A DNA stretch of 64,000 nt from an uncultured Treponema sp. (GTDB lineage Bacteria; Spirochaetota; Spirochaetia; Treponematales; Treponemataceae), in NCBI GenBank assembly GCA_937890985.1, contig CALAEM010000118.1, positions 1,824 through 65,823 of the forward strand, in the 5' to 3' direction. Each line of letters begins with the position of its first letter. Positions within the stretch are counted from its first letter, which is position 1. Made by a program: the position numbers and the translations under genes. Shown piece by piece: positions 50,041-59,319 of this stretch. The notes beneath the pieces were generated by a model that worked only from the letters and a program-made list of their open reading frames with translations, did no database searches and was not told where the DNA came from.

Positions 50041-50898
50041 TCAGTTCTGCAAAAAATTCAGCACGTCTCGATAAACAATTTGCTTGTCCGCTTCATTCAA
50101 AATTTCGTGCGACATATTTTTATAAAAGATTGTCTTTACTTTCTTGCCGTGCCGTTTATATCTCGCTTCTGCCGCTTTCACGCCTTTTGTAAAGTTGCCA
50201 ACTGGGTCTTTTTCACCAGAGATGAGCAAAATACTTTGAGCTGTGCAGTCGCGATAGGTTGCTTTGTTGTTGAGCTTTATAACAATATCCAAAAGCGTGC
50301 TATAGCCTTCCTTTGTGAAAGGCTTTCCGCACAAAGCATCGTTTACATACGCTTCCTGATTTTCTTTGTTAAGCGAAAGCCAATCCATGGGATTGCTAAA
50401 CCTCTTGCTAAGCGAACCGGTCAAAATTTTTTGCATCGCAGGCAGCGGAATGCCTGACTTTTGAAAGTGTAAAAGTCCTTTCAGCGATGTCGCAATTATC
50501 GACGGTGTCTGCCCTGTGCCGCAAGCTATCAACGTATCTGTCGGGTGCATCGCCGCATAAATACGAGCGAGAAACGAGCCCATGCTATGCCCGAAACAAA
50601 TGTATTGACCTGAAAACTTCGCCGACTGACGCACTAGCTCAATATCGTTGAGCACCGCCTCAAAAGACACCATATCGCCAAGCGGATGCACCTCACTGAT
50701 ACTTTTCCCGTGCCCGAGGTGGTCGTGGATGAGGACACTGTAGCCGTTTGCCGCAAGAAACTCCGCAAAATGACAGTACCGCTCCTTGTGTTCCTGCATA
50801 CCGTGCAAGATTTGAATTAACCCTTTCGGGGAAATGGCTTCATAGTAGTTGACTGCAAGGTTTTCACCAGATGAACTTTTCACCGTATAATTTTTCAT
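50041..50898 (-). CDS. Alpha/beta hydrolase (lysophospholipase / monoacylglycerol lipase-like)
   Basis: 285 aa. HGMQEH, nucleophile elbow GHSMGS, and a C-terminal H in SHEILNE. Confidence 0.7.
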   Translation of the reverse strand: MKNYTVKSSSGENLAVNYYEAISPKGLIQILHGMQEHKERYCHFAEFLAANGYSVLIHDHLGHGKSISEVHPLGDMVSFEAVLNDIELVRQSAKFSGQYICFGHSMGSFLARIYAAMHPTDTLIACGTGQTPSIIATSLKGLLHFQKSGIPLPAMQKILTGSLSKRFSNPMDWLSLNKENQEAYVNDALCGKPFTKEGYSTLLDIVIKLNNKATYRDCTAQSILLISGEKDPVGNFTKGVKAAEARYKRHGKKVKTIFYKNMSHEILNEADKQIVYRDVLNFLQN

Positions 50899-51021
50899 AA
50901 CGTACCTCTTGCGGAATGACCTTCCGCTAATTTTTGCACATTATAGCATTTGACAAAAGAAAATGAAATAAGCTTACGTGCAATTAACCATTCGCCTCGC
51001 CTCGATGATTTTTTTGTGCTT

Positions 51022-51050
51022 GTGAACCGTCCTGTGAGTTGCACTTTAAA
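51022..51050 (-). repeat. Partial left box of the repeat family
   Basis: The reverse complement AAAGTGCAACTCACAGGACGGTTCAC matches the 16071-16095 left box. No complete element is visible. Confidence 0.4.
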
Positions 51051-51144
51051 TAATTGCTACCCTTTACGTTTTATTTAATTCATCAAGGTTTTATTCGTGC
51101 ATCGTTTGCAGAACTTTCAGGCTGTCGCTTCTTTCCGAATTTTT

Positions 51145-52830
51145 TTATGCTTCGCTATATTTATCAAGAAGCTCTTTTGCATGAAGCATCGAAACGCTGC
51201 TTGCTTCGTCGCCTGAAAGCATGCGAGCAATTTCTTCGATGCGTTTTTCTCCGACGATTTTGCCAGCGTTTGTGAAAGTTTTGCCCGCCTGTGCGGTTTT
51301 TTCAATTTTAATCTGGTTGTGTGCATGTGCAGCAATAACTGCCAAATGCGTTACGCAAAGAATTTGTTTACTGTGCGAAAGTTGCTTCATGTGTTCTGCA
51401 ACACTCAAGGCGACTTCGCCGCCGATGCCTGTGTCAATTTCGTCGAAGATAAGCGTGTCCGCTCCATCGCCTCGTGTCAGCACCGTTTTAATTGCCAGCA
51501 TCACGCGCGAAAGTTCTCCGCCCGAAGCGATTTTTGCAAGTGGCTTCAGCGGTTCGCCCAAGTTCGGACTGATTAAAAACTCGATGTCGTCAAAGCCGTA
51601 GGGGCCAGCTTTTTGTTTAGTGCCGTCGGTTTCTTTTTTTTCTACGTTAACCGCAAAGCGTGTTTTTTGCATACCCAAATTTTTCAGCACATCTTCGATT
51701 TTCTTCTCAAGTTCGGCAGCGGCACTTTTACGCTTTTTTGAGATTTCAGTGCCAGCACGCACCAATTCCGTCTGCAAACTTTTGAGTTGCTTCTCTGTGG
51801 CAGCTTTATTTTCTTCACTGTTTTTTAACGTGTCCAATTCGGCTTCTGCATTTTTTGCATAAGTCAAAACAGCTTCGATAGTGTCGCCGTATTTTTTCTT
51901 CAATTTGTAAATAAGCGAAAGCCGCTCTTGGATTTCGTCACGTCGGCTTTCATCAAAGTCAAGTCGCTCAAAGTACGTTTGCAACTCGCTGCCCGCATCT
52001 TCCAACTCATAAAACTGGTTTGAAATTCGCTCGAAAAGTGGCTGCAAATTTTTATCGATTTCGCTCGCGACTTTCAATGTGTGAACCGCTTTTTTTAGAA
52101 ACGACACAGCTCCGTTTTCACCAGCTATAAGTGAAGTCGACTCCTGCACCGCATCAAAAAGCTTTTCGTATCCGTCCAACTTTTTCGCTTCAGCTTCGAG
52201 GTCTGTATCTTCATTCGGTTTTAATTTTGCTTTTGTGATTTCATCCACGGCATAGCTTAAATAATCCACTCGCTCCTGACGTTTACTTTCAGAAGTTTGC
52301 AACGCCTCAAGTTTTTTTCGAGCTTCCATTAGCTCGTTGTAAACGGTAGAGTATTGTTCCACTTCGTTTTCGATACCAGCATAGGCATCCAAAAAACGAC
52401 GATGCTCATCAACGCGAAAAAGCGATTGGTGATCATGCTGCCCATGAATGTCAACCAAGAAAGCTGTAAACTCCGCAAGCTCGGTACGCGAAACTGGATT
52501 ACTGTTAAGCCATGCAGATGTTCTGCCGTTTGTTTTTATAGTGCGTCTGACGAGGACAGTGCCTTCATCTGATTCAATGCCATGTTCCAAAAGCCAATTT
52601 TCTAAGGCTGCACTTTGCGGAATGATAAAAGTCGCCGAAACCAGTCCTTCTTCACAGTCTTTCCGTATCAAGTCGGGGTTTGCTTTCCCGCCAAACAAAA
52701 AACCCAAAGCCCCAATGATTATAGATTTTCCAGCTCCCGTTTCACCTGAAAGTACGTTAAAGCCTTCTTCAAATTCAATCGTTACCGCTTCAATCAAAGC
52801 AATGTTTTTTACCGTTAAACTTGCAATCAT
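51145..52830 (-). CDS. recN: DNA repair protein RecN
   Basis: 561 aa. Walker A GETGAGKSI, coiled-coil middle region, and C-terminal SGGELSR..FDEIDTGIGG. Confidence 0.9.
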   Translation of the reverse strand: MIASLTVKNIALIEAVTIEFEEGFNVLSGETGAGKSIIIGALGFLFGGKANPDLIRKDCEEGLVSATFIIPQSAALENWLLEHGIESDEGTVLVRRTIKTNGRTSAWLNSNPVSRTELAEFTAFLVDIHGQHDHQSLFRVDEHRRFLDAYAGIENEVEQYSTVYNELMEARKKLEALQTSESKRQERVDYLSYAVDEITKAKLKPNEDTDLEAEAKKLDGYEKLFDAVQESTSLIAGENGAVSFLKKAVHTLKVASEIDKNLQPLFERISNQFYELEDAGSELQTYFERLDFDESRRDEIQERLSLIYKLKKKYGDTIEAVLTYAKNAEAELDTLKNSEENKAATEKQLKSLQTELVRAGTEISKKRKSAAAELEKKIEDVLKNLGMQKTRFAVNVEKKETDGTKQKAGPYGFDDIEFLISPNLGEPLKPLAKIASGGELSRVMLAIKTVLTRGDGADTLIFDEIDTGIGGEVALSVAEHMKQLSHSKQILCVTHLAVIAAHAHNQIKIEKTAQAGKTFTNAGKIVGEKRIEEIARMLSGDEASSVSMLHAKELLDKYSEA

Positions 52831-53713
52831 TTTTTACCTCACTGTTTTTCGCATTGACATCTTGTAAACTGCCTGACCAGCCCAATTTTGCACGAAGCAC
52901 TTTGTAAAAATATGCTTGCGAGCAACCAACCAGATTTACGGTATTTTCCGCACGTGTAACTACAACGGCATCATTAGCTTCGAGACGCATCGCTTCCTGT
53001 CCGTCTATCGAAAGTATTAGCTTTTTTTGACGCTGCGGAAGTACCTTGATGCAAACGGAGCCTTGCGTAGGCAGCACAATCGGGCGGTTTGAAAGCGTAA
53101 ACGGTGCAATTGGCGAAACGACAAATGCAGACATCGTCGGGTCTAAAATCGGTCCGCCCGCGGCAACGGCATAGCCAGTAGAGCCTGTCGGTGTTGAAAC
53201 AATCACGCCGTCCGCCCGAAAATTCCCCAGTGAATAATTGTTATAAAAAAGATCTACCGTAAGAAGCTTTATCGCACCATAGCCTGCAACAACTGCTTCG
53301 TTTAATGCATGGTACGTTGCGACGCTCGTTTCGTTACGCAGAACTTTCACCTCCAAAAGCATTCGTTCGTGCGACTCTTGGTTGCCAGCCAAAAATTCAT
53401 CCAAAGCTTGCTGCCAATCCGCTGGTTCAATATTCGCAATGAAGCCGAACTGCCCGAAGTTAATCGGCACAACAGGAATATGTTTCGGGGAGGCAAACCG
53501 CGATGCAAAAAGCACATTCCCGTCACCGCCCAAACTGACGATAAAGCTAAAATCATTTTCAAATATCGCGTCATCAAAGCGAAGTCCGTTATAACCATCG
53601 TATTTATAAACAAGTGGTTCAAAATCCTTCGACGATAAATATTCGGAAATTTTAACCGCTAAATCGTTTGCACCTTTTTTATATCCACTGACAATCAACA
53701 AAACTTTCTTCAT
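52790..53713 (-). CDS. nadK: NAD kinase
   Basis: The start was moved to MKKVLLIVSG. GGDGN motif and STPTGSTGYAVAAGGPI. The 3' end overlaps recN by 41 nt. Confidence 0.85.
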   Translation of the reverse strand: MKKVLLIVSGYKKGANDLAVKISEYLSSKDFEPLVYKYDGYNGLRFDDAIFENDFSFIVSLGGDGNVLFASRFASPKHIPVVPINFGQFGFIANIEPADWQQALDEFLAGNQESHERMLLEVKVLRNETSVATYHALNEAVVAGYGAIKLLTVDLFYNNYSLGNFRADGVIVSTPTGSTGYAVAAGGPILDPTMSAFVVSPIAPFTLSNRPIVLPTQGSVCIKVLPQRQKKLILSIDGQEAMRLEANDAVVVTRAENTVNLVGCSQAYFYKVLRAKLGWSGSLQDVNAKNSEVKNDCKFNGKKHCFD

Positions 53714-53753
53714 TGCACACACCAATTCATCGCATCAAAGCTTGTCAGGTTTG

Positions 53754-54887
53754 TTACGGCAAGGTTGATAACACTTTCGCAACCGCTTCCGAATTTTTTG
53801 CTCCAAGCATCGGATACAATGGAAATAAAACGGTTCTCAAAGCAAGAGACTTTGCCGATTCGCAATGTTCACATGTCTCACCGTGATGCACGACAATGCT
53901 ATCGTTAAACGCCAGCTCAATTTCAATGTGCTTCTTTTGTGCATATTTTTCGACATCTTTGAACCCACGATTTAAAATCACAGGAAAATTATACACCGAA
54001 TTGATGACGTTCGGCAAAAAAGTCAACGCTTCGTGTTTGCTCGAAAGCAAGGCTCTGCGGAAAAGTTTTTCCAACTCCAACCGCACCTCCATATTTTTTG
54101 CCGCATTCTTTAGCTGAACAAAACCGAGGGCAGCATTGATGTCTGGAAGCCTATCAGTCGAGGGAAGTTCTTCTCGCAGTTTTTTCAACGGAGCAACATT
54201 GCGTTTTTCGCTAACAAACAAGATAGCCCCACCGCCCGCAGTGAGTATATCACGCTGCTCCAAACCCAAAATGCTCAATGTTCCGAACGTTCCAGCTTTT
54301 TTCAAAACGGGCGGAGTATTTTCCGCTCCAGAATTTTCGCCTGTGCCAGAAGCTTGTTTCGCATTGTCATTGTCGTTATGCAAGACTTCTACCGCATCAG
54401 TGATTTCTCTGTCAGCGTACAAAGCCCCCGCACTTTGCGAAATATCTTCGATGATGGAAACGCCCAATTCTGCAAAGCGTTCGAACTCTGGAAGACTGCC
54501 GAGCGTTTCGTGCATAACCAAAGCCCTTGCACCCGCTTTTACTGCCGCCTCAACTGCTTCAAACGCAACAAGTGCGTTTCTTTTATCCACGTCCAAAACG
54601 ACAGGCGTAAACCCACTTCGAAGCACTTGCGTATATTGCCAAGCGGGTGCCAAAGCAGAAAGCATCACGGGCGTTTTCGCTGGCAACTCCAAAAGCTTTA
54701 ACGCGAGGTCAAGTGCCGAAGCAGGGCTGCGCACCGCAATCGCAAAAGGCACACCAAAAAAATCGCAAACCCGCTTTTCGAGTTTTTCCGCCATCTCGCC
54801 TGGTCCGACTTTTTCTTCAACCAAGCAATTCAAAACGGCTTCCATTTCCGAGCGTTTAATTGTCGAGCTAAAAAGAGGAATCAACAT
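53754..54887 (-). CDS. DegT/DnrJ/EryC1/StrS-like aminotransferase-fold protein, possibly non-catalytic
   Basis: 377 aa. DegT-like N-terminus and fold pattern. A low-complexity insert (HNDNDNAKQASGTGENSGAENT) is present. No Lys is visible where the PLP lysine is expected (SILGLEQRDILTAGGGAIL). Confidence 0.5.
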   Translation of the reverse strand: MLIPLFSSTIKRSEMEAVLNCLVEEKVGPGEMAEKLEKRVCDFFGVPFAIAVRSPASALDLALKLLELPAKTPVMLSALAPAWQYTQVLRSGFTPVVLDVDKRNALVAFEAVEAAVKAGARALVMHETLGSLPEFERFAELGVSIIEDISQSAGALYADREITDAVEVLHNDNDNAKQASGTGENSGAENTPPVLKKAGTFGTLSILGLEQRDILTAGGGAILFVSEKRNVAPLKKLREELPSTDRLPDINAALGFVQLKNAAKNMEVRLELEKLFRRALLSSKHEALTFLPNVINSVYNFPVILNRGFKDVEKYAQKKHIEIELAFNDSIVVHHGETCEHCESAKSLALRTVLFPLYPMLGAKNSEAVAKVLSTLP

Positions 54888-55394
54888 TTATAGACTTTTT
54901 AAAACTTGCAACTCACGCTGGTTGAACAATTTACGGATATCCAAAATAATCAAATAACCACCATCATCTTTTCTGACAACACCGTTGATGTATTCAGTTC
55001 CGATTCCTGCAATCATTTGAGGTGGTGGCTGAACATCATCTTTTTTAATATCGACAACACGAGCCACTCTATCAATCACAACACCGATTTTGTTGTTTTC
55101 AATGGAGAGAATCAAAAAGCCACCAAGGAATTCGTCGCCTTCTTCCAAATCGGGACTTTTTATGTGAAAACGTTTATGCAAACTGATAACCGGAATAATC
55201 TCACTTCGCAGGTTAAAAATACCTTCAACATAATGCGGTGCATTCGGAATAGAGCGGATAGCCTGCGTTTTTACAATTTGGTCGACATCCATAATTTCCA
55301 CGCCATATAGCTCTTCACCAAGCTGAAAAGTAACCAACTTGAGTTTATCTTCAATAACTTCTACTTTTTTTTTCGAACTGGAAAATTTTGCCAT
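54888..55394 (-). CDS. cheW: Chemotaxis coupling protein CheW
   Basis: The start was moved to MAKFSSSKKK, preceded by GGAGG. The CheW-domain pattern reads LVTFQLGEELYGVEIMDVDQIV..P..VEGIFNLRSEIIPVISL. Confidence 0.8.
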   Translation of the reverse strand: MAKFSSSKKKVEVIEDKLKLVTFQLGEELYGVEIMDVDQIVKTQAIRSIPNAPHYVEGIFNLRSEIIPVISLHKRFHIKSPDLEEGDEFLGGFLILSIENNKIGVVIDRVARVVDIKKDDVQPPPQMIAGIGTEYINGVVRKDDGGYLIILDIRKLFNQRELQVLKSL

Positions 55395-55517
55395 TAGTCC
55401 TCCGAGTTTTTTAATTCTACAAAAAATAAAAAAGTTTTTCAAGAGGCGATTTATTTTTAATATAAATTGTAAGAGGCATCACGCAAACGTCACACCTTTC
55501 CAACTATCGCTTGTCGC

Positions 55518-55750
55518 CATTCACCGAATGTGCAACCGACCGGCAACCTTCGGTTGCCATCATGTCCCAATCGCTGACAAGGATGCGGTTCAAAAATTGA
55601 CGTCCTTGCACATTCTTGAACTTCGAGTTTTTCATTTGAAAAACTCGATAGTGATTTTGTACACCGCCATCCTTGGCGGGGATGTCGCCACTTGCCGCCC
55701 ATCATTTACCAGTGTATTTTAGGAATACTAACATTCCTAATTCGTGAACC
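55518..55750 (+). repeat. Expanded nested-palindrome repeat with short terminal inverted repeats
   Basis: Left box CATTCACCGAATGTGCAACCGACC. Hairpins lie at 55542-55558, 55624-55647, 55664-55679 and 55721-55738. Right box CATCATTTACCAGTGTATTTTAGGAATACT. The ends TTCACCGAAT and ATTCGTGAA are inverted copies of each other. Confidence 0.8.
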
Positions 55751-55782
55751 CGTGTAAAAAGCAAAAGTTCGCTTTCAAAATA

Positions 55783-57315
55783 CTATTCCCACTCGATGGT
55801 GGCGGGCGGTTTTGACGTGATGTCATAAACGACGCGATTGATGCCTTGCACTTCGTTAATAATCCGTGTAGAAATCGTTTCGAGAAGCTCGAACGGAATG
55901 TGAACAATACTCGCTGTCATAAAATCATTCGTTTTCACTGCTCGAAGTGCGAGAGTGTAATCGTAGGTTCGAAAATCTCCCATAACTCCGACTGTGCGAT
56001 TGTTGGTGAGAACGGCGAAGTACTGACTCGCGTCCACTTTGGCGTTGTCGAGTTCTTCGCGGAAGATAAAATCCGCCTCACGCAAAACGGCGAGCTTCTC
56101 TGGCGTAATTTCGCCCATAATTCGAATCGCAAGCCCAGGCCCTGGAAAAGGCTGGCGGTTTACTATTTTATCTGGCAAGCCCAACTCCTTTCCAAGGTGG
56201 CGGACTTCGTCTTTGAACAAGTCCCTCAACGGCTCAACAAGCGACTTGAATTGGATGTTTTTTGGCAAGCCACCGACGTTGTGGTGGCTTTTAATGACAG
56301 CTGAGCCCGCCGCCCCACTTTCAACGACATCGGCATAAATCGTCCCCTGAGCGAGAAAATCGACTGCACCGATTTTTTTCGCTTCTTCTTCGAAGATGCG
56401 GATAAATTCTTCACCGATAATTTTTCGCTTTTTTTCAGGCTCTGAAACACCTTTAAGCTTTTCTAAATATCGATTGGCGGCATTTACACGCACAAAATTC
56501 ATCGAAGCATTCTTGAAAGCGTCTTCGACTTCATCGCCTTCATTTTTACGCATCAAGCCTGTGTCAACAAAGATGCAGGTTAAGTTTTTGCCGATTGCTT
56601 TGTCCAAAAGAGCCGCCAGCACAGAAGAATCAACGCCACCTGAAAGTGCGAGAAGAACTTTTCCGCTACCGATTTCGGTTTTGAGCTTGCAGATTTGTTC
56701 ATCCAAAAAGTTTTTGATTTGCCATGTGCCGTCAGCCCTACAAATACCGAACAAAAAATTTTTCAATATATCGTTTCCATATTCTGTCGGTTCAACTTCG
56801 GCGTGAAACTGCACTCCCGCGATTTTTCGTGTAGCGTCATATATTGCGACGTTTTTTGTGTTCGCGGTTGATGCGATGACATCGAAGCCGTCAGGTATTG
56901 TTTCGGCACAATCGACGTGACTCATCCACGTTATCGACTCTGGCGGAAGATTTGCAAAAAGTGGATTGTTGGTTTTGAAGCTTGTACGTGTTTTTCCGAA
57001 CTCGTTTTTTTGGGAGCGGGCGACCGTTCCGCCGAGACTATGCACAATCGCCTGCATTCCGTAACAGATGCCCAAAATCGGAATGCCAAGGTTAAAAATT
57101 TCTGCGTCGGGAAGCGGTGCGTCTTTTTCGTAAACGCTATTTGGTCCGCCCGTAAAAATAATTCCGATTGGTTTTTCCGCTTTTATTTTTTCAAGTGCTT
57201 TTTTATGTCCGACAATTTCGGAGTAAACTTTTAAATTACGCACACGGCGAGCAATTAGCTGACAATACTGACCGCCGAAATCCACAACAATAATCTTTTC
57301 CATTTGTGAGTTCAT
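55783..57315 (-). CDS. guaA: GMP synthase (glutamine-hydrolysing)
   Basis: 510 aa. GATase domain (ILGICYGMQ), ATP-PPase loop SGGVDSSV, and C-terminus PPATIEWE. The start could instead be the ATG at 57303. Confidence 0.95.
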   Translation of the reverse strand: MNSQMEKIIVVDFGGQYCQLIARRVRNLKVYSEIVGHKKALEKIKAEKPIGIIFTGGPNSVYEKDAPLPDAEIFNLGIPILGICYGMQAIVHSLGGTVARSQKNEFGKTRTSFKTNNPLFANLPPESITWMSHVDCAETIPDGFDVIASTANTKNVAIYDATRKIAGVQFHAEVEPTEYGNDILKNFLFGICRADGTWQIKNFLDEQICKLKTEIGSGKVLLALSGGVDSSVLAALLDKAIGKNLTCIFVDTGLMRKNEGDEVEDAFKNASMNFVRVNAANRYLEKLKGVSEPEKKRKIIGEEFIRIFEEEAKKIGAVDFLAQGTIYADVVESGAAGSAVIKSHHNVGGLPKNIQFKSLVEPLRDLFKDEVRHLGKELGLPDKIVNRQPFPGPGLAIRIMGEITPEKLAVLREADFIFREELDNAKVDASQYFAVLTNNRTVGVMGDFRTYDYTLALRAVKTNDFMTASIVHIPFELLETISTRIINEVQGINRVVYDITSKPPATIEWE

Positions 57316-57390
57316 AAATGTATTTTAAGGTTTTCGACAAAAAAAACAATACTTGTTGTGTGTTTGCTTGCGTTTAGGTTCAAGCGATTT

Positions 57391-57482
57391 GCGTATTCCT
57401 AGAATGCTCAGGCACATGATGGCAACCTAAAAATCTGGAAGAATTTTTAGGTTGCCTGTCGGTTGCACTTTCGGTGAATTGC
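57391..57482 (-). repeat. Nested-palindrome intergenic repeat (reverse orientation)
   Basis: The reverse complement reads AATTCACCGAAAGTGCAACCGACA, GGCAACCTAAAAAT-TCTTCCAG-ATTTTTAGGTTGCC (57421-57456), then ATCATGTGCCTGAGCATTCTAGGAATACGC. Confidence 0.8.
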
Positions 57483-57561
57483 AACAAATGGGATTGTTCA
57501 GGTTCTTGATTTAAGTGGGTTTGTATTCTAGTACTTGAATTTTGTTCCGAAAGGTAATAGA

Positions 57562-58374
57562 ATGGAAGTTATGAAGCGTTTGTTTTTGGTGCTCTTTTTT
57601 TTGCTTGCGTTGTTTTCATGTAGGCGAGCGGGAACGGCAAACAATATCGATGATATTTCGCTGGCGAAGGTATATTTGGCGGGTAAGTTGAAAGTCGGTG
57701 TTGATATTCCGTTTGCTCCGCTAGCTTTTATGGAGCAGAATGAATATGTTGGCTACGATATTGACGTGATTAATGAAATGTGTGCGATTATGGATATTCA
57801 GGTTGAATATGTGCAGATTAATTGGGATAAAAAGTATCAAATGCTTCAAAGTGGCGAAATTGATATGATTGCAAGTGGTTTCTCTGAAAGTGCGGGACGT
57901 GCAAATGAATATGGTACATCTTTGCCACTCATTAAAAATGTTCAGTGCATTGTTGTGCGTGCCGATGAAACTCGCATTAATAACTTTGATGACTTGAATA
58001 ATCTTTACGTTGGGTGTCAACCGGGGACAACGGCAGAAAGTTATCTAAAGGAAAAAATACGCAACGGTTTCGATATTCGTATGGTAATCTCAAGCAACTT
58101 GTTGACGGCACTGAGAAATCTTCAAGGGCGTATTACTGATGCATTGATTGCAGACCTTGTTGTTATGAAGTATATTATTTCGGAAAATCAGTCGAGTGCC
58201 TACAAGATTTTGAATGCGGCTGTTTTGCCTGAAAGTTATGTGTACGCGTTTCGAAAAGATGATATTGCATTGATTGATGCTGTTAATACGACGTTGCAAG
58301 AGATGGCTGAAGACGGGGTGCTTTCGCAAATTACAAAAAAGTGGTTTGTCAATGACGTTTCACTCATTCGATAA
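57562..58374 (+). CDS. Amino-acid ABC-type substrate-binding lipoprotein (SBP family 3)
   Basis: Signal peptide with lipobox (LLALFSC). The pattern KLKVGVDIPFAPLAF..GYDIDV is typical of the family. The start could be 57562 or 57571. Confidence 0.75.
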   Translation: MEVMKRLFLVLFFLLALFSCRRAGTANNIDDISLAKVYLAGKLKVGVDIPFAPLAFMEQNEYVGYDIDVINEMCAIMDIQVEYVQINWDKKYQMLQSGEIDMIASGFSESAGRANEYGTSLPLIKNVQCIVVRADETRINNFDDLNNLYVGCQPGTTAESYLKEKIRNGFDIRMVISSNLLTALRNLQGRITDALIADLVVMKYIISENQSSAYKILNAAVLPESYVYAFRKDDIALIDAVNTTLQEMAEDGVLSQITKKWFVNDVSLIR

Positions 58375-58405
58375 TTATACTTTGAAGGATAAAAGGTTAA
58401 AGACT

Positions 58406-59230
58406 ATGAGGCATAAAAATAGTGTATTTGTGTGTTTGATTTTTTTTGTTGTTATGCTTTCTACGTCGTGTTATCCGCGTGTTATTCGTCGTTACCAGCA
58501 TGTAAAAGATACTTCGCTTGCGAGGGTTCAAGTCCGTAAAAAACTGATTGTCGGCGTACGTGAGTATTATCCGCCATATACAGCTCAGTTAAGCAATGGA
58601 GGTTTTGAAGGCTTCGATATTGATTTGGCACTGGCTGTTGCAAAAGAGCTGAATGTAAAAGTTGAATTTCGTGCATTGTCACAGCGAGAAATAATGGCTG
58701 ATCTGGAAAAGAAAACGGTTGACTGCCTGTGGTCTGGATTTTCTATTATTGATTTTCGCAGTGCAGAGATTATCACTTCGGCACCATACTTAAAAACGTC
58801 GGTAGCAGCTTTTGTGCCAAAGGGTTCTGAGTATGAATCGCTAAAAGATTTGCGTGATGGTTCGATTGGTTTTATTGCAGTTGGTGAAACGTTGCGTGCA
58901 GCTGGCGTTACTGAAACTGTATTGAAAGATTATCCTAAAGTGAAACCGTATTATGATTTGCCACTTGCGATTAATGCATTAAAGCAAAAAAAACTCGACG
59001 CTATCGCTACCGATATTTGGACGATATTTCACTTGTCAAGCAGGGTTGGCGAGGTAGTTGTCTTCAAAGAGCCGATACAGCAAAGAAGCTGCTCGGTTAT
59101 TTTTAGCCGCACTGATGAAACCTTATGCACAAAGATTAATGAGATATTATTGAAGCTTGAATACGAAGGAACGCTTGAGACTCTTTCCAGAAAGTGGTTC
59201 GGTGCGGATATTATTATCTTGGGCAAATAG
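58406..59230 (+). CDS. Second substrate-binding lipoprotein (SBP family 3 paralogue)
   Basis: The start was moved to MRHKNSVFVCLIFFVVMLSTSC. KLIVGVREYYPPY..GFDIDLA. Confidence 0.75.
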   Translation: MRHKNSVFVCLIFFVVMLSTSCYPRVIRRYQHVKDTSLARVQVRKKLIVGVREYYPPYTAQLSNGGFEGFDIDLALAVAKELNVKVEFRALSQREIMADLEKKTVDCLWSGFSIIDFRSAEIITSAPYLKTSVAAFVPKGSEYESLKDLRDGSIGFIAVGETLRAAGVTETVLKDYPKVKPYYDLPLAINALKQKKLDAIATDIWTIFHLSSRVGEVVVFKEPIQQRSCSVIFSRTDETLCTKINEILLKLEYEGTLETLSRKWFGADIIILGK

Positions 59231-59319
59231 TACAACGAAAAGTTTAATCGCTATTTTCGCGTAAAAGGATTTAGATATCTTTACTTTTTTATTTTTTTCC
59301 TGTACTATATATTCATCGT

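Noticed and set aside
54136-54957. A 273 aa plus-strand ORF opposite the DegT-like gene and the cheW 3' end.
   Set aside because: The translation is Ser/Ala-rich and low-complexity. The opposite strand carries recognisable domains in an operon context.
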